Assembly (NCBI GenBank): GCA_020348365.1
Contig: CP070749.1
Span: 685,346-725,531, forward strand
Direction: 5' to 3'
Source: Candidatus Bathyarchaeota archaeon
GTDB lineage: Archaea; Thermoproteota; Bathyarchaeia; Bathyarchaeales; Bathyarchaeaceae
DNA length: 40,186 nucleotides
Under the pieces are notes generated by a model. It was not told the DNA's origin and searched no databases. It saw only the letters and a program-made list of their open reading frames with translations. The translations under genes were made by a program, and so were the position numbers. Below are positions 1-9,665 of this stretch, one piece after another; position 1 is the stretch's first letter; every line of letters starts with the position of its first letter.

Positions 1-1
1 A

Positions 2-400
2 TTTCGCTTTTCCCTGTATCTCTAGCGCGTCCCACCCAGAGAATTTCAGGTAGGGACCAAAATATCCGCCAACGTTTGAATCTATCACCAAATCAGTGAG
101 AGGAGAAATCGTCACAACGATACTTTTTCCACTCCCAGGATAGATGGGAATCCCACCCATAGGACCGCATGCTATGCATATCTCATTCTCAGGGTCATCC
201 CAACTGATGACGCGATCTTCTGGCAAAGCGTTCCATAGCAACCAGATATCAAACCCACGACCGCCAATGAAGACGTCTCTCATTTCCTTCGTGACTTGTC
301 TGCTCATGATCTTCTTGTCTGTCAGGTTTATGTAGAGCGTTCTGTTGTTGTACCCTCGATCAACCTTTCCTAGAGAATATTTGAATTCCTCAAGCGCCAA
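2..400 (-). CDS. Aldehyde:ferredoxin oxidoreductase family (W-containing AOR), N-terminal part, runs off the window edge
   Basis: Not in the ORF track. Manual translation from TTG at 400, with SD-like GGTGA upstream, gives MALEEFKYSLGKVDRGYNNRTLYINLTDKK...FIGGRGF...DPENEICIACGPMGG...SPLTDLVIDSNVGGYFGPYLKFSGWDALEIQGKAK, which matches the AFOR_N motifs. Confidence 0.88.
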   Translation of the reverse strand, partial: MALEEFKYSLGKVDRGYNNRTLYINLTDKKIMSRQVTKEMRDVFIGGRGFDIWLLWNALPEDRVISWDDPENEICIACGPMGGIPIYPGSGKSIVVTISPLTDLVIDSNVGGYFGPYLKFSGWDALEIQGKAK

Positions 401-629
401 TTGAAATCACCATTCTTGAAATGCGTTGCTTATTGAGATTTATACTTTTTCCTCAGTTACCCACTACTCGGTTCATATACGCGATTGGGCGCTACCGGCT
501 ACTCAGAAGGAAAAGACAAGTCGAAAAAGCCATGCGTGCACGTCGCGAAACCCAACGCTTATTTACCCATAGAAAAACTTCAAATAACCAGCAATCATCG
601 TAAAGGCATATCTTGGAGGATGAAAGAGG

Positions 630-2348
630 TTGCGAGTAACTCGAAACTTAAGGGCTGTTTCAACTCTTGTTCTCATTCTATCACATGTCGCCCTGTTGAT
701 ATGTGGAGCGCTTCTCTCCTACATGTGGGTCGTAGGCTACTACGAAAACCTGAAAATCCGAATCCCTGAGAACAGCGACGTGGCGATAACAAACGCAACT
801 TTCCCACCTGAAGACACAAGTGTCTTCAACGTGACGATCTTCAACCCGTCCTATTCCCCCACAGAGGCCGTCATTGAGACAATTGCCGCATTAACTGATG
901 ATGGTCTTATTCACAGCATAAACGCCACCAACCCCTTGCTTCCGTACAGGCTCCCAAAAGGTGCAATCGATTTCTCAGGCCTTCAGACCTTCGAGTGTAG
1001 ATGGGACTGGGCGAACTACACAGGGGAAGAAGTAGGAATAATCGCTTTTCTCAGAGACGGATCGGGTCCGACCCTGAAGACTGAAACGCCACTTGTGGAC
1101 CTGAGAATCGTCGATGTCAACTTCAACCCCGCATTAAGCGTCACGCACTTCAACGTGACAGTTCAAAACCATCTGTCATCCGTCACACATAACGCCACCA
1201 TCGACATCACAGAAGTATCCGTAACTGTGAAAGACGGGATTAAACCAAACATAACCGAGATAAGCCCTTCACTTCCATTGCCACTTGACCCCGGGGAGTC
1301 ACGTAATCTTATGTGCTCGTGGGATTGGACCGGATATCAAAACGCTAGTGTAACAGTCACTGTCTATACCTCACAGGGGTACAAGGATTACATTACCGAA
1401 GTGACGCCATTACCCGTGACTCTGGAGATCACAAAAATCTTCTTCGATGTAACCAACACAACACACGTCAATGTCACCGTCAGGAATGACCAGGTCTCTC
1501 CAACATACGTTAATGTGTCAGCCATCACTATTATAATGGGGAATCTAACGGTTCGAGAATGGACCGTGGATAACGGGACTGCTGTGAATCCTCCTATCCC
1601 CTTCGCGCTCAACAGAAGCTCTTCAGAAACATTTGTGTGTCCGTGGAATTGGACGGAGCATCGAAGCGAGAATGTCACGGTTATTGTATCTACCTTGCAG
1701 GGATTCACGACAAACTACACGCAAGACGCTCCGGCACCGGTAGTACTGGACATCACCAATCTCACATTTGATCCTATCAACACAAGCCAGTTCAATCTTA
1801 CCGTTCGAAATTCGGAATTCTCCCTTGCGGATACTGAAATCACCCATGTGCTTGTGATGATAGAAGATGAGATTGTGGATGACTTGACTGATCCTCTAGG
1901 CCTCCCCATATCGCTTAACCGTACTCACTCGATTGATTTTGTATGCCCATGGGATTGGGAGAGACACGTAGGAGAAGATGCTACGATAGTTGTGGAGACT
2001 GAACAAGGTTACTCCTTTCACTCTGACTCGGTTGCTCTTGTAGCCCTAACAATCACTGGCGCCACCTTCAATCCTATTGCAGAAGACTACTTCAATATCA
2101 CAGTCCAGAATCCTACACTGCTCGACTTCACGCTTGCGACGGTGATGGTTATCGTGGATGGAACTCCTTCAGACTTGACGGCTAATGTGGCCCCAGCCTT
2201 TCCATTCCTGCTTCCTACAGCCACAGGGCACACATTCATCTGCCTGTGGGAGAACTGGACAGATGAGCAGGGACAGGAAATTACAATCACCATAGAAACT
2301 CAGGACGGTTATGACGCCTCTTATACACGCGAGATTCCAGGAGTCTAG
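630..2348 (+). CDS. Surface protein with a class III (type IV pilin-like) signal peptide and five tandem ~100-aa beta-rich repeats
   Basis: N-terminus RNLRA|VSTLVLILS...ALLSYMWVVGYY. Five repeats of pattern F..FN[VLI]TV.N...P.L...C.W[DN]W...[VI]T[VI].V.T.QGY. Many N-x-S/T sequons. Confidence 0.7.
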   Translation: MRVTRNLRAVSTLVLILSHVALLICGALLSYMWVVGYYENLKIRIPENSDVAITNATFPPEDTSVFNVTIFNPSYSPTEAVIETIAALTDDGLIHSINATNPLLPYRLPKGAIDFSGLQTFECRWDWANYTGEEVGIIAFLRDGSGPTLKTETPLVDLRIVDVNFNPALSVTHFNVTVQNHLSSVTHNATIDITEVSVTVKDGIKPNITEISPSLPLPLDPGESRNLMCSWDWTGYQNASVTVTVYTSQGYKDYITEVTPLPVTLEITKIFFDVTNTTHVNVTVRNDQVSPTYVNVSAITIIMGNLTVREWTVDNGTAVNPPIPFALNRSSSETFVCPWNWTEHRSENVTVIVSTLQGFTTNYTQDAPAPVVLDITNLTFDPINTSQFNLTVRNSEFSLADTEITHVLVMIEDEIVDDLTDPLGLPISLNRTHSIDFVCPWDWERHVGEDATIVVETEQGYSFHSDSVALVALTITGATFNPIAEDYFNITVQNPTLLDFTLATVMVIVDGTPSDLTANVAPAFPFLLPTATGHTFICLWENWTDEQGQEITITIETQDGYDASYTREIPGV

Positions 2349-2471
2349 TTCTAACTTTTCTCCTGAACTTCAACAGAATATCCCAAAGAAAATCCACGCC
2401 TTGTGACACACAATGATGCGTGCATCTACAATCAGCAATAAACTTTTTAGGACATTAAGCCCTTCATAAGC

Positions 2472-2723
2472 ATGGAGATGAATAGTTTGCCGACTGCGTT
2501 TGTGTTGGTGAATACGGAGATAGGATCTGAGGATGAGGTTTTGAATGCGATTAAGAAGGTTGAGGGTGTACAGGAGGCTCACAACGTTTACGGGGTCTAT
2601 GACATCGTCGCCAAGATCGGGGCTGAGAGCATGGATAAGCTGAAGGAGATCGTGACATGGCACATCCGACGCTTAGATAAGGTTCGATCTACACTGACTA
2701 TGATAGTAATCGAGGAACCTTAA
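2472..2723 (+). CDS. Stand-alone Lrp/AsnC ligand-binding (RAM) domain protein
   Basis: AFVLVNTEIGSE...VYGVYDIVAKI...IRRLDKVRSTLTMIV. The true start is probably TTG at 2487. Confidence 0.9.
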   Translation: MEMNSLPTAFVLVNTEIGSEDEVLNAIKKVEGVQEAHNVYGVYDIVAKIGAESMDKLKEIVTWHIRRLDKVRSTLTMIVIEEP

Positions 2724-2809
2724 TCTATCTCCTCCTCTTTTTATGTGCCTTCATCAGTGAACATGATTATTATCAGTCAGCTCTTCCCAAAAGCGGGTGT
2801 TAACCGATA

Positions 2810-4138
2810 ATGCCTAAGATGCACATTGGATTTGATGACACAGACTCCCCCACAACTGGCTGTACGACTTATATAGCGGCGATACTAGTCCAGAAACTTC
2901 AGAAGCTTGGCGCTTCGTTCACTGACTATCCAAATCTTGTTCGGCTCAACCCAAATGTTCCATGGAAGACTCGGGGCAACGGCGCCCTATGTCTTAGAAT
3001 CAAGTGCAAACAGAAATCTGTGGAAGAGATCAAGGAGACTGTCATTGAGGCTATTGAGGAGAATTCAGATCTCGGCTATGAAGGCACTGATCCAGGCGTA
3101 GTCTTCCTCTTCAATCGCGTTCCAGAGCAGATCAAAGCCTTCGCAAAGAAGACCATACAGGGTATGGTGAAGATGAGAACTGCTCTAAGGTTTGTTGATA
3201 AATTCGATGCTGAGGCCGTAGCTTTTAAGAAAGGAAGGGGCATCATCGGAGGTTTGGCTGCGATAGGAGAAACTCTTGAAGGAGACCATACTTACGAGCT
3301 CATCACATACCGAGCGCTAGAGAACCGAGGTACTCCCCGCAGAATAGAAAAGTCCTCAGTTGTTGAAATGAACGAGAAGACCCAACCATTAACATTCAAC
3401 AACGTAGACCCAGAGACAAGGCGAACACTCATAACCCCCCGCGGTCCAGATCCCATACTATATGGAATCCGAGGGGAAAATCCAAAAGCCACTATAAGAG
3501 CCCACAAGATCGTTCGTTCAGATGAGCCAATTGAGAGATGGGTTATCTTTCGGACAAACCATGGAACCGACGCTCATCTACGGAGAATCAGCTCGATAGC
3601 TCAAGTGAAACCTTTCACCCCCTTGATTGCCAATGGAGTAGTGGCAGAAGGTCCAAAGGTAATCACGGGAGGACACGTGATATTTATGCTTCGAGACAGA
3701 ACCGGGAAGGTGGATTGTGCAGCCTACAGACCGACAGGCATACTTCAGGTAGTCGCGAGAAAGCTAATGAAAGGAGACCTTGTCGAAGCCTACGGTGGTA
3801 TTCGACCCGCTTCATTGAAGCATCAGATGACCATTAACTTGGAGAAATTGCGAATTATAGAGCAAACTCCAAGGGTTGTTCTTCACAATCCAAAGTGTCT
3901 TAGATGTCGAAAGCGAATGAAGTCTATGGGTTCCAAGAAGGGCTTCAGGTGTGAAAATTGTGGCTTTCGATCATCGAGACTGGAGAAGGTGAGCGTTGAA
4001 TGGAGCCAGAGTCTTGAGACGGGACTCTATATAGCTTCGCCACGATCACAGAGGCACCTAACTAAGCCTCAATGCCGGTATGGTAGAGAGAATTCAAACA
4101 CACCCAAGAAGATGATTAGAGAATGGCACTTTCCATGA
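2810..4138 (+). CDS. tiaS: tRNA(Ile2) 2-agmatinylcytidine synthetase
   Basis: IGFDDTDS..GCTT, LVRLNPNVPWKTRGNGA, PRGPDPILYGIRG, TNHGTDAHL, an OB fold, a C-terminal Zn ribbon and RHLTKP. Confidence 0.96.
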   Translation: MPKMHIGFDDTDSPTTGCTTYIAAILVQKLQKLGASFTDYPNLVRLNPNVPWKTRGNGALCLRIKCKQKSVEEIKETVIEAIEENSDLGYEGTDPGVVFLFNRVPEQIKAFAKKTIQGMVKMRTALRFVDKFDAEAVAFKKGRGIIGGLAAIGETLEGDHTYELITYRALENRGTPRRIEKSSVVEMNEKTQPLTFNNVDPETRRTLITPRGPDPILYGIRGENPKATIRAHKIVRSDEPIERWVIFRTNHGTDAHLRRISSIAQVKPFTPLIANGVVAEGPKVITGGHVIFMLRDRTGKVDCAAYRPTGILQVVARKLMKGDLVEAYGGIRPASLKHQMTINLEKLRIIEQTPRVVLHNPKCLRCRKRMKSMGSKKGFRCENCGFRSSRLEKVSVEWSQSLETGLYIASPRSQRHLTKPQCRYGRENSNTPKKMIREWHFP

Positions 4139-4299
4139 ATGGATCTAGGCTTCTTTAAGTGTCTGAATATATTGCAGGGTATGTACGTTCAAGACAGGGG
4201 ATTCGAGATTAACGGCACTTTGGAACCTGTATGCATGCACTTCACCGCTCATGTTAAAAAGGGGACAAAGATACTTTCAGTGTGAGAAGCTGAAGAGAG

Positions 4300-5106
4300 A
4301 TGAACTGGTTACCAATCCTCAAAGGATGTGCCAAAAGGATAAGAGAGAAGGTTCTCCCTCTCATAGCAAAACCGGAAGCTGCCAAGACCTATGGCAAGGG
4401 GGCTGGTGGGGACAAAATGAAAGAAATCGACCTAATCGCTGAGAAAGCCATAATTGAAATCTTGGATAAGAACAAGGCATCATGCACCCTCATCAGTGAA
4501 GAGGCGGGGACTGTGAGAATCGGCAGGGACCATTCCGAGTACTATCTCACAACAGACCCGATAGATGGCACAACAAATGCAATCCGCGGATTGCCCTTTG
4601 TAGCCACATCCCTAGCAACATCGAAAGCAAGAAATATCAATAGCGTAGACACGGCGCTGGTGTCCGACATACTCCGCAACATCACATACACTGCAACACG
4701 CGGCCAAGGCGCGTATCGAAACAACCAGAAAATCAAACCCTCCACAGAATCCTCACTGAAGGAAGCAGTTATTGGCATAGACTTGGGCACACCTAAGAAG
4801 GAAGAACTCGCAGCGCCATTCATGGGTATACTCCAGAAAGCGAGGCATATCCGCCATCTAGGAGCCAACGCACTCGAAATCTGTTATGTGGCTGACGGTA
4901 CAATGGACGCCTTCATCGACATGAGAGGTAAACTACGAGTCACAGACGCAGCTGCAAGTTACCTCATCCTACTTGAAGCAGGTGGAACAATGACTACACC
5001 AGAGGGAAAAGAACTTTATGCCCCATTAACGCCTAGCCAAACAGTTTCATTCATAGCTGCAAGCAACAAACATCTCCATGGAGTCATCAGAAAAAGTTCA
5101 GTCTAG
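4300..5106 (+). CDS. suhB: Inositol monophosphatase / FBPase class IV family protein
   Basis: ISEEAG, DPIDGTTN, RHLGANALEICYVADG and D.AASYLILLEAGG motifs. Confidence 0.9.
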   Translation: MNWLPILKGCAKRIREKVLPLIAKPEAAKTYGKGAGGDKMKEIDLIAEKAIIEILDKNKASCTLISEEAGTVRIGRDHSEYYLTTDPIDGTTNAIRGLPFVATSLATSKARNINSVDTALVSDILRNITYTATRGQGAYRNNQKIKPSTESSLKEAVIGIDLGTPKKEELAAPFMGILQKARHIRHLGANALEICYVADGTMDAFIDMRGKLRVTDAAASYLILLEAGGTMTTPEGKELYAPLTPSQTVSFIAASNKHLHGVIRKSSV

Positions 5107-5200
5107 AGATTTTTGAGTTATACCCTACACGTATATAGAGTTCATTGTGATGATCATCCTTTCCACACAGATATAACTGAGTGCCCGTATAGAGGGCAGA

Positions 5201-6052
5201 GTGCTCCAGTTGAAGCCGATAAGATCATTCCCTGCCATACTTTTACAAGGGGAAGCTAAGCGTATTCTTGTGGTGGCTGACCTCCACATCGGCTGGGAAG
5301 CAACGCTGATAGAGAAGGGGATTCACCTTCCATCTCAGACGCCAAAAATCCTAGCCAAAATGTTAAGACTCATCAAATTAGTTAGACCAACCAACCTTGT
5401 CTTTCTCGGTGACGTGAAACATGCAATCGCAAGAGTCAAGAGGGAGGAATGGCGTGATATTCCAAAGCTTTTTGAAACTCTATGCGAAAAAGTCCCGAAC
5501 ATCCAAGTCATACTAGGAAATCATGATGGAAATCTTGAGGCGCTCCTGCCGCAGGACGTGGAGATACTGCCTGCAAAGGGAACTGCTATCGGGAAAGTTG
5601 GGCTTTTTCATGGACATGCCTGGCCTGCTCCAGAACTCCTGCAGTGCCGAACCCTAATCACAGGTCATATTCATCCAATGGTTGCTTTCCGTGATCCCTT
5701 GGGTTTTCGAATAACGAGGCAGGTGTGGGTTAGGGCGCCATGTCAGAAAGCTCAACTAGCGAGGTCGCTTCTCAAACATCTAGACATAAAATCCGACAAG
5801 GACTCGGTTGCTCATTTGGAAAGACGCTTTAACATTAGAACTGAGGCAACGCATTTTTTCATTATGCCCTCTTTCAACCATTTTCTAGGAGGGCAAACCG
5901 TCAACAAGAAACGCATGGGAAAGTATGGGAGGACAAGAGGATTCATTGGTCCAATCTTGCGCTCAAAAAGTGTCAATATTGATAGTGCTGAGTTGTTTCT
6001 TCTTGATGGAACTTTCATAGGGACAGTCGAACAGTTGAGAAGGCTTACATGA
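5201..6052 (+). CDS. Calcineurin-like metallophosphoesterase
   Basis: ADLHIG, LGDVKH, GNHD, HGH, GHIHP and MPSFN motifs. Confidence 0.88.
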   Translation: MLQLKPIRSFPAILLQGEAKRILVVADLHIGWEATLIEKGIHLPSQTPKILAKMLRLIKLVRPTNLVFLGDVKHAIARVKREEWRDIPKLFETLCEKVPNIQVILGNHDGNLEALLPQDVEILPAKGTAIGKVGLFHGHAWPAPELLQCRTLITGHIHPMVAFRDPLGFRITRQVWVRAPCQKAQLARSLLKHLDIKSDKDSVAHLERRFNIRTEATHFFIMPSFNHFLGGQTVNKKRMGKYGRTRGFIGPILRSKSVNIDSAELFLLDGTFIGTVEQLRRLT

Positions 6053-6122
6053 AGGCTTCACCTTGAAGGAGCGCGTATACTGAAGCAAACACGTTGGCAT
6101 ACATGCTTTGAACGCATAAGGT

Positions 6123-6464
6123 TTAGCTATACTCTCTGAAGGTGTAGTTACACTTGGTGCACCTGAAAAACTGTGTTGAAGACTCGTCTGTTCCTCTGGT
6201 CTGAACTTGCCATACATACGTCTTCATATTTCCACATTTGGGACACTCAGTCTTAACCGTGGGCAATGTCCTCAGCTTCTGTTCCTCCTTTCCGATTACG
6301 GCAATACGCTCTTGGGGTTCATGTTCAATAATCGTGGGTACAGGCGCCGGAGCCGCAGGCTTCTTATGGCCACATTTCGGACACGAAAGAACCAAGGTAG
6401 TCTTGCCCTTCCTCGTTTTCTTAGCTGGAGTCAGCCTTGTTCCACATTTTGGACAGAACTCCAT
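6123..6464 (-). CDS. tfs: Transcription factor S (TFS)
   Basis: Two Zn ribbons (MEFCPKCG; CPKCG...QTRGTDESSTQFFRCTKC), with the acidic DE hairpin intact. Confidence 0.95.
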   Translation of the reverse strand: MEFCPKCGTRLTPAKKTRKGKTTLVLSCPKCGHKKPAAPAPVPTIIEHEPQERIAVIGKEEQKLRTLPTVKTECPKCGNMKTYVWQVQTRGTDESSTQFFRCTKCNYTFREYS

Positions 6465-6504
6465 GACATCACCTGTCGTTCTCTCTCCGATAATCTCGAT
6501 GCAT

Positions 6505-7125
6505 TTAAATCTTTTCTTTGGACCTGGAAAGGCCTGAGGCTATTATGTGAGCCACTCTCAGTGCTTCAGGAATATTGCTCCTGGTGGATGTATTCTTCAG
6601 AATTCTCGTTGCAGTGTCCCTTGGCATTCCTACGATTTGCGCATGGATGGATTCTTCTACATTTCGCGTCTGCACCTCGATCGCCTTTCCAGCGTTCTCT
6701 ATGGCTTTCCATCGTTTTCCAGATTCGGGCAGATTCTTGAGGGCTCTTTTAATTCTCTCGAAGTCCGGTTTCTCCCGTGAAACTGCCATGACTGGTAGTT
6801 CAATTCTTTCCAGAAGCTCCTTCAAATCGACTACGTTGAAGCCTCCAAAGGTAACTCCGTTTAGGAACACAACTTGGAGTTGATCGTAGTGGGGCGAGTT
6901 TAGGATCATCGAGGCTATTTTCTCCGTCGCGTCAACCCCGTCGATTTCTACTTCAGTTTGCATGACTCCATCAAGCCAATATCCACCCCTGAAAACAACC
7001 CCGACAACGTCCACGACTCCCTTGGTGTGAGGCTCAAAGAATCCGTCATCTACGCCCAGAATCCTAATTTCAGGCTTCACAGACCGAATCCTCACAAGTT
7101 TCTTCTTCCTCATCTGCGGCACCAA
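6505..7125 (-). CDS. DUF99 family (endonuclease V-like) protein
   Basis: ILGVDDG, DGVDATE, NGVTFGGFNVVD and PEALRVAHIIASG. Confidence 0.88.
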   Translation of the reverse strand: MVPQMRKKKLVRIRSVKPEIRILGVDDGFFEPHTKGVVDVVGVVFRGGYWLDGVMQTEVEIDGVDATEKIASMILNSPHYDQLQVVFLNGVTFGGFNVVDLKELLERIELPVMAVSREKPDFERIKRALKNLPESGKRWKAIENAGKAIEVQTRNVEESIHAQIVGMPRDTATRILKNTSTRSNIPEALRVAHIIASGLSRSKEKI

Positions 7126-7206
7126 TCATCGTCCAAGAGACGGTTCAAGACCATAATTAAGCTTTTCAGATACGCCTTAAACGTAATGAATAAGAGAAGA
7201 TGAAAG

Positions 7207-7590
7207 GTGAAGACTGTGTTAGATTTCATATCAGAATACGAAACTCTTCACGAAGTTTTGGCAGATCATAAACTTGCCGCCCTTGGAGATGCATATGTGA
7301 ACTTCCTCTTCTCCATAGCCGAGTCAAAGAAGAATCGTGAGCCAGTAGGCGCTAGAGTTGACAACAACTTGCTAGCTTTGGCTCTCAGAAAATCAGGGCT
7401 GAGGAAGCTTCTGCCGTCAAGAACCAACCGTCACGAACAGGCAGACGCCGTAGAGGCTCTAATCGTATATGCTTGGATACGAAATGTTATGACAATCGAG
7501 GAGGGAGTCAACATCTTAGAACAGGATAGAGACGTAGCTGAAGCCTTCTGCTCCCTCATCCTCACAGCCAAAGAGAAACTTAGCTTATAA
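7207..7590 (+). CDS. Small RNase III-like domain protein (no dsRBD)
   Basis: LAALGDAYVNF and ADAVEALI RNase III-type motifs in 127 aa. Confidence 0.78.
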   Translation: MKTVLDFISEYETLHEVLADHKLAALGDAYVNFLFSIAESKKNREPVGARVDNNLLALALRKSGLRKLLPSRTNRHEQADAVEALIVYAWIRNVMTIEEGVNILEQDRDVAEAFCSLILTAKEKLSL

Positions 7591-7595
7591 GACCG

Positions 7596-7901
7596 TCAAC
7601 GATTGTTAGCCGTCTTGTCATATTCCTTAAATGCCTTCTCCAAGGTACTCTTCAATTCGGTGCTTCTCTTCTGCAATTTCTTGGCTGCTTCACGCATCGC
7701 AGTTTCTGGTCTCCGCCTTCCCTTAGTGCGCACGTAGACGATGGCTTTCGTCAATAGGGGGTGAGGTACAGTGTATCCCGCCATTTCAACAGTCTCCTCT
7801 TCTAGCAGAACCTTCTGTAGCATATTACAGAAAGTGTGCCCTTCCCCTGTGATTTCTATTCGCAACTCGTTGGATCCCCTTCGCAGGAATTTGATCTTCA
7901 T
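7596..7901 (-). CDS. rpoL: RNA polymerase subunit Rpo11 (RpoL)
   Basis: GEGHTFCN.L and AGY.VPHPL motifs; lies next to csl4. Confidence 0.95.
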   Translation of the reverse strand: MKIKFLRRGSNELRIEITGEGHTFCNMLQKVLLEEETVEMAGYTVPHPLLTKAIVYVRTKGRRRPETAMREAAKKLQKRSTELKSTLEKAFKEYDKTANNR

Positions 7902-7911
7902 AGGGCCCCCT

Positions 7912-8487
7912 CTAAATAATCACGCTTCCATAATCTTGAGCAACTTTCCGCATCTCAACATTCGCACACTTAGGGCACCACATGTCTTCCCTTCTCAACT
8001 GCAGGAGATGACCACAGCGCGAACAGAAGGCGTAGATAACCCCTAAGCTTTTGTCTTCAGTCGACAGGTGATTTGTTCTATTTAGGCAAGAAACGACCTT
8101 AGCTCTCATGAGGTCGCCTGATTTACAGACGCTATACATGGTTTCGATGTAGGTTGAGCTTACATCGGAGACGTGTAGAATGCCAGTGAAGAAGCCCGAG
8201 AGCTGTCTCTTTCCAATGATTAGGATGCGTAACCCAGCATTTTTGTTCCGCACATCGGAAACCTCACCGATGACGGTGCTTCCTATTCTGGGGGTATTCA
8301 CGGCGTGAACCAGTGGGTATACTGAAGCCTTCTTATTCAGCATATCAAGGAGAGCGCGCCCCGTCGTCTTGGAGTATATGGTTCCATGTTCCACAAATGT
8401 TCCTGGGCCAGCCATAAACTCCTCGATGACTCCTAGACGCTTCCCAGGAACAACGAATTGTCCACTTTTCCTATCAGATGAACTCAC
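7912..8487 (-). CDS. csl4: Exosome complex RNA-binding protein Csl4
   Basis: VVPG..LG..EEF..G.G N-terminus, S1 domain, LGVIYAFCSRCG Zn ribbon and E.RKVA. Confidence 0.94.
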   Translation of the reverse strand: MSSSDRKSGQFVVPGKRLGVIEEFMAGPGTFVEHGTIYSKTTGRALLDMLNKKASVYPLVHAVNTPRIGSTVIGEVSDVRNKNAGLRILIIGKRQLSGFFTGILHVSDVSSTYIETMYSVCKSGDLMRAKVVSCLNRTNHLSTEDKSLGVIYAFCSRCGHLLQLRREDMWCPKCANVEMRKVAQDYGSVII

Positions 8488-8951
8488 AAACTCGCCCTCG
8501 TGGTTATTTAAGAATCAACCCTTACTCTACGCTTCCTCTTCGTGTGGAACTCCAGGGGTTGCGGGAAATCAACTTTCATAAGGAATATCCCTTAACCTTT
8601 CCCCCCATGCCCCTCAATAAACCTTTTGTTTAATGAGTTACGAGACGAGGTTTATGCGGTTTGCATTATTTGTCGGCTGTTGAGTAGTTCCTTCTTAATC
8701 ATTTCTTCTAATGTGTCACTCAAAGCTTTTGTTAGGTCTTCTATTGCACATATTCCCAATCGATATTCAGATTTCACAAGCGATATGATGCTCATCACAG
8801 CATCCACCACGCAAAGGAGGATATCCCATGGAATATTTCGTCTGGCTAAAGACAAATCCAGCGAAGACAAATGATACCTTGAAGTGGCTTAGGAACCTGC
8901 CAGAGAAGCCTTACAACGGCGTACACCTATACTATATGCGCGCGCAGGCAT

Positions 8952-9665
8952 TCAAGACTTTGACGTATGCCTTCCATCTATCACATACAAATCGACAACA
9001 AACCTATGCTTCTTCTTACTATGAAAATCAAACATGTAGGGAATTTCCATCATCATGGCATAGACGCCCCTAATCCTGCCACCATGTTTCCCGATAAATC
9101 TCTCCAAAAAAGGTGAAGGTTGAGTTGGTATACATCTCGTCCCGCCACTTCTTAACCTTTTGATTAACCCTCGATTGTGCTTACTACCTTTATGAATTGA
9201 GTATATTCTATCTCCCAACTCAAGAGACTTCTCTATGAATCTTCGATCCGCTCTTCTTGTCCGTACACCAAAGGGCGGATTCTGCATAATGGTATCAAAC
9301 GTTCCGTGTATAGCGTCTAGATCCGCAGTAATCCAGAACATCTTCTCTTCTACGCCCATATTCTCCGCGTTCTTCTGTGCGAGCCCTATAGCTACCTTGT
9401 CTAAGTCGACTCCTATCGTTTGCTTTGCTCCCAGAAGGGCTGCACCGATCACCAGTCTTCCTGTACCACAACCTAAGTCTACAACAGTCTTGTCGATTAT
9501 ATCATCATTAACGTATGTTGCGATGTAGAGCATCTCTGCAGCGACTTGAGGTGTTATGGTGTATTGTTCCAGATGGGCCTTGGGCGCTGGGTGGAGCGGG
9601 ATCTCACTTATGGCGTTCTCTAGGTCTAGCTTTCGAACCAGCCTCTTCTGCATAGCTCCTCCCAT
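8952..9665 (-). CDS. METTL5-family amino-methyltransferase
   Basis: LEQY.ITP, DLGCGTGRL, NPPFG and FDFH motifs. The start is probably ATG at 9653. Confidence 0.9.
   Translation of the reverse strand: MGGAMQKRLVRKLDLENAISEIPLHPAPKAHLEQYTITPQVAAEMLYIATYVNDDIIDKTVVDLGCGTGRLVIGAALLGAKQTIGVDLDKVAIGLAQKNAENMGVEEKMFWITADLDAIHGTFDTIMQNPPFGVRTRRADRRFIEKSLELGDRIYSIHKGSKHNRGLIKRLRSGGTRCIPTQPSPFLERFIGKHGGRIRGVYAMMMEIPYMFDFHSKKKHRFVVDLYVIDGRHTSKS

Noticed and set aside
421..769. Short ORFs 421-603 and 485-769
   Set aside because: No motifs; they cross the divergent AOR / pilin-like promoter region and overlap the better ORF.
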